Source: Dimorphilus gyrociliatus | Lineage: Eukaryota > Animalia > Annelida | Assembly: GCA_904063045.1 (NCBI GenBank) | Contig: CAJFCJ010000004.1 | Coordinates: forward strand, 1-64,000 | Length of the DNA: 64,000 nucleotides | Reading direction: 5' to 3' | The notes under the pieces: model-generated | Seen by the model: only the letters and a program-made list of their open reading frames with translations | What the model was told of the DNA's origin: nothing | Databases searched by the model: none | Part shown: piece by piece, positions 62,002-64,000 of the stretch | Layout of the letters: the number at the start of each line of letters is the position of its first letter | Position numbering within the stretch: the stretch's first letter is position 1 | Made by a program: the position numbers and the translations under genes

Positions 62002-62857
62002 CCCACTGTCTGGCTAGTAATCTATTTTAAACACAAACCTTCCTTAAATAAATCTGTTCCTGGAAAATCTACTGATTTATCTCCGTATACGGCGAACAAT
62101 CCTGAATGAGAATCATTAACTTCAAACCAATAGCTGGTTGCCATAGAAATAACATGAATGAATATCGTAAATGGTAATAGAGGATAAATTAGTATCTTCA
62201 TATCCCAGGTTAAATTCTCAAATTTTATTACAACTGATTTCAAAACGCTATTAGACAATAAGAAAAAGTTTGTTCTAGTATTTTCTCCTTCCGGTTTTGT
62301 TAAGATAATTAAAGACATTATAAAAGAAAAAACCGACGAGATTATGGCTGATATGAGCGAATATGAAACCTTAATTGTTTCTTTGCGTGGTTTAGCTAGC
62401 ATAATTATGATAGTCAACCAACTTAGACTAGTTAATAACCATATTAGGAGCAGAGTAGACCCTATCAAATACTTTTCAATTATATAACTTTTCCGCCCGG
62501 TAGACATTGCAAAAACGATAAAAACACCTAATATACTAAGTAGAGCAGGACTAATGATCATTGTGACTCTGACTAATTTAAGCCATTCTGTAAGTTAATA
62601 TAAAAGAATCTTGTTAATATATGCTTGCGTTAATATCCATCAAAGTAACAGTAAAACTTACCGTATTCATCAATTAATTTTCCATTACAATTTTTTAAGT
62701 AACATATTTCAAATAATCCAAAGGATATTTTATAATCAATTACAAACCAGTAGTTTGTAGATAAAGCGACAAAATTACACAATAAAGTTAGAATTAATAG
62801 TATAAAAGTCAGTTTTAGTCTTAATGATGATTTTAGGAAATTTCTGATACATATCAT
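61365..62857 (-). CDS. B5/6: tandem double claudin-like domain (predicted eight TM), ~428 aa; exons 62857-62662, 62587-62039, 61906-61365
   Basis: Two complete W..GLF / WL..VR / SWI / SYS or LSF units in one open frame. Donors GTAAGT 62661 and GTTTGT 62038; acceptors TTACAG 62588 and TACAG 61907. Confidence 0.75.
61958..61997. repeat. (TC)n microsatellite inside the second intron of B5/6
   Basis: About 20 units; explains the spurious ERERER ORF start. Confidence 0.95.
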
Positions 62858-63859
62858 AACTATCCTATTCGGTATATAATCAATATTTAAGCAGTAATAA
62901 TCTATTTTGAAGAGTGAAGCATATAAAAAAGTGTATCTTCCTCTATCTTCTCTTTCTCTCTCCCTCTCTCTCTCTCTTTTTTCTCTTCCTTCCTTATTAT
63001 TCTTTTAGTTGGTTATGGTAAATTAATAAGAGGTATATTGAGAAAAGGCAGAATAATAACAGTTGTCAAAGTCTGTTTCTTTTGAAATATAATCCCTCTT
63101 CAATATTTTCACATTGATTTTCTCAAGTTTTTTCTATATAATTCTCATATAAAACTACTTACATAATATTAATAAATTGATACATATAAATTAATATATA
63201 CATATATATATATATATATACTATTTAAATTTAATATCTAATAATTTGATTAATTAGAGCATATTAGAAAATCAATTTTTTCAAATTTTTGTTGTATATA
63301 TACTTGTATAATAATTTATTATTACCAATAAATAACAAAGAAATAGTGTATAACGCACAGTATAATCTTATCATTTAAAGATGATAGGTCAATTTTAGTA
63401 AAGATGGAAAAGTACTCTAGTATTTAACTAAACATACTTTTATTAGAAATTACACATATAAATATTAATATAACCTATTTAGATAAATGATTGAATATTC
63501 ACTTTTCTTTATGATTTTGCACTTGAAATTGAGAATAAAAAGTGAATTTTTTCTACTACAATAAAACAATATTCAAAATTAAAGTTTCGCCTTTATTCAT
63601 ATTTTATTATTTATTCAATAAAAATTATAGATATAAAGTAGTTTTGTTTGAATTATCCTCTTTTTTTGTTTTAATACAACTGTTCATCTTCTCAATTGAT
63701 TTTTCGTTTTACATAAGAAAGATAAAGAGAAAAATTAACGTTCTTCCCTTTTTTTTACACATTTAATTTTAATATTTTTGTTAAACAATTAAAAAGAAAA
63801 AATAAATAAAAGAAATGGAATTTTCTTTCTTGAATAATTTGAGATTTTTTTTCTCTTTT

Positions 63860-63930
63860 CTTCGTTTTTTCTTTTCTTCTTCTTCTTCTCCTTCTCCTCC
63901 TCCTTCTTCTTCTTCATCCTCTTCTTCGTC
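63860..63930. repeat. (CTT)n/(CTC)n low-complexity tract
   Basis: Read directly from the sequence. Confidence 0.85.
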
Positions 63931-64000
63931 TTTTATACTTTTGTTATCACTTATGGCATTTTTTGCGATTGATTTCGCCTAAGAGAGAAAAAGTTTCCAC

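Noticed and set aside
4047-63391. Scattered AGGTCA/TGACCT nuclear-receptor half-sites
   Set aside because: The number seen is about what a 6-mer would give by chance in 64 kb, with no consistent spacing or position.
1-64000. Species assignment (compact, AT-rich, short-intron style reminiscent of a miniaturised annelid such as Dimorphilus)
   Set aside because: An impression only; no diagnostic marker is present in the window and no database search was possible.

Overview
AT-rich eukaryotic DNA with short GT-AG introns (mostly 50-140 nt) and many (AG)n/(AT)n microsatellites. It looks like a compact metazoan genome; the species cannot be determined from the sequence. Gene models were built by hand by joining ORF-track fragments at in-frame splice sites. 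(1) 0.7-46.5 kb: a tandem array of 18 highly diverged paralogs (A1-A18) with two coding exons joined by a conserved phase-1 intron. They encode a claudin/PMP22-like four-TM domain fused to an unrecognised ~230-aa cytoplasmic domain. That domain carries a His/Cys motif and a WPPPL(W) segment fitting the Elongin-BC-box consensus, followed by a cullin-box-like segment. A5 lacks the cytoplasmic domain. (2) 3.75-33.3 kb, inside the array: 14 intact tRNA-Pro genes (9 TGG, 4 AGG, 1 CGG). All carry a 16-31 nt intron whose 3' end covaries with the anticodon; four form an exact 177-bp-period tandem. (3) 50.0-52.9 kb: an 8-exon type I membrane IgSF gene built from a duplicated three-Ig module. (4) 54.4-62.9 kb: ordinary claudin-like genes (B1-B4; B1, B2 and B4 have PPxY/LPxY tails) and an apparent two-domain eight-TM fusion. 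Leading hypothesis (inference): a locally born, expanded family of tetraspan membrane proteins that recruit cullin-RING E3 ligases, next to relatives that recruit NEDD4-type ligases.
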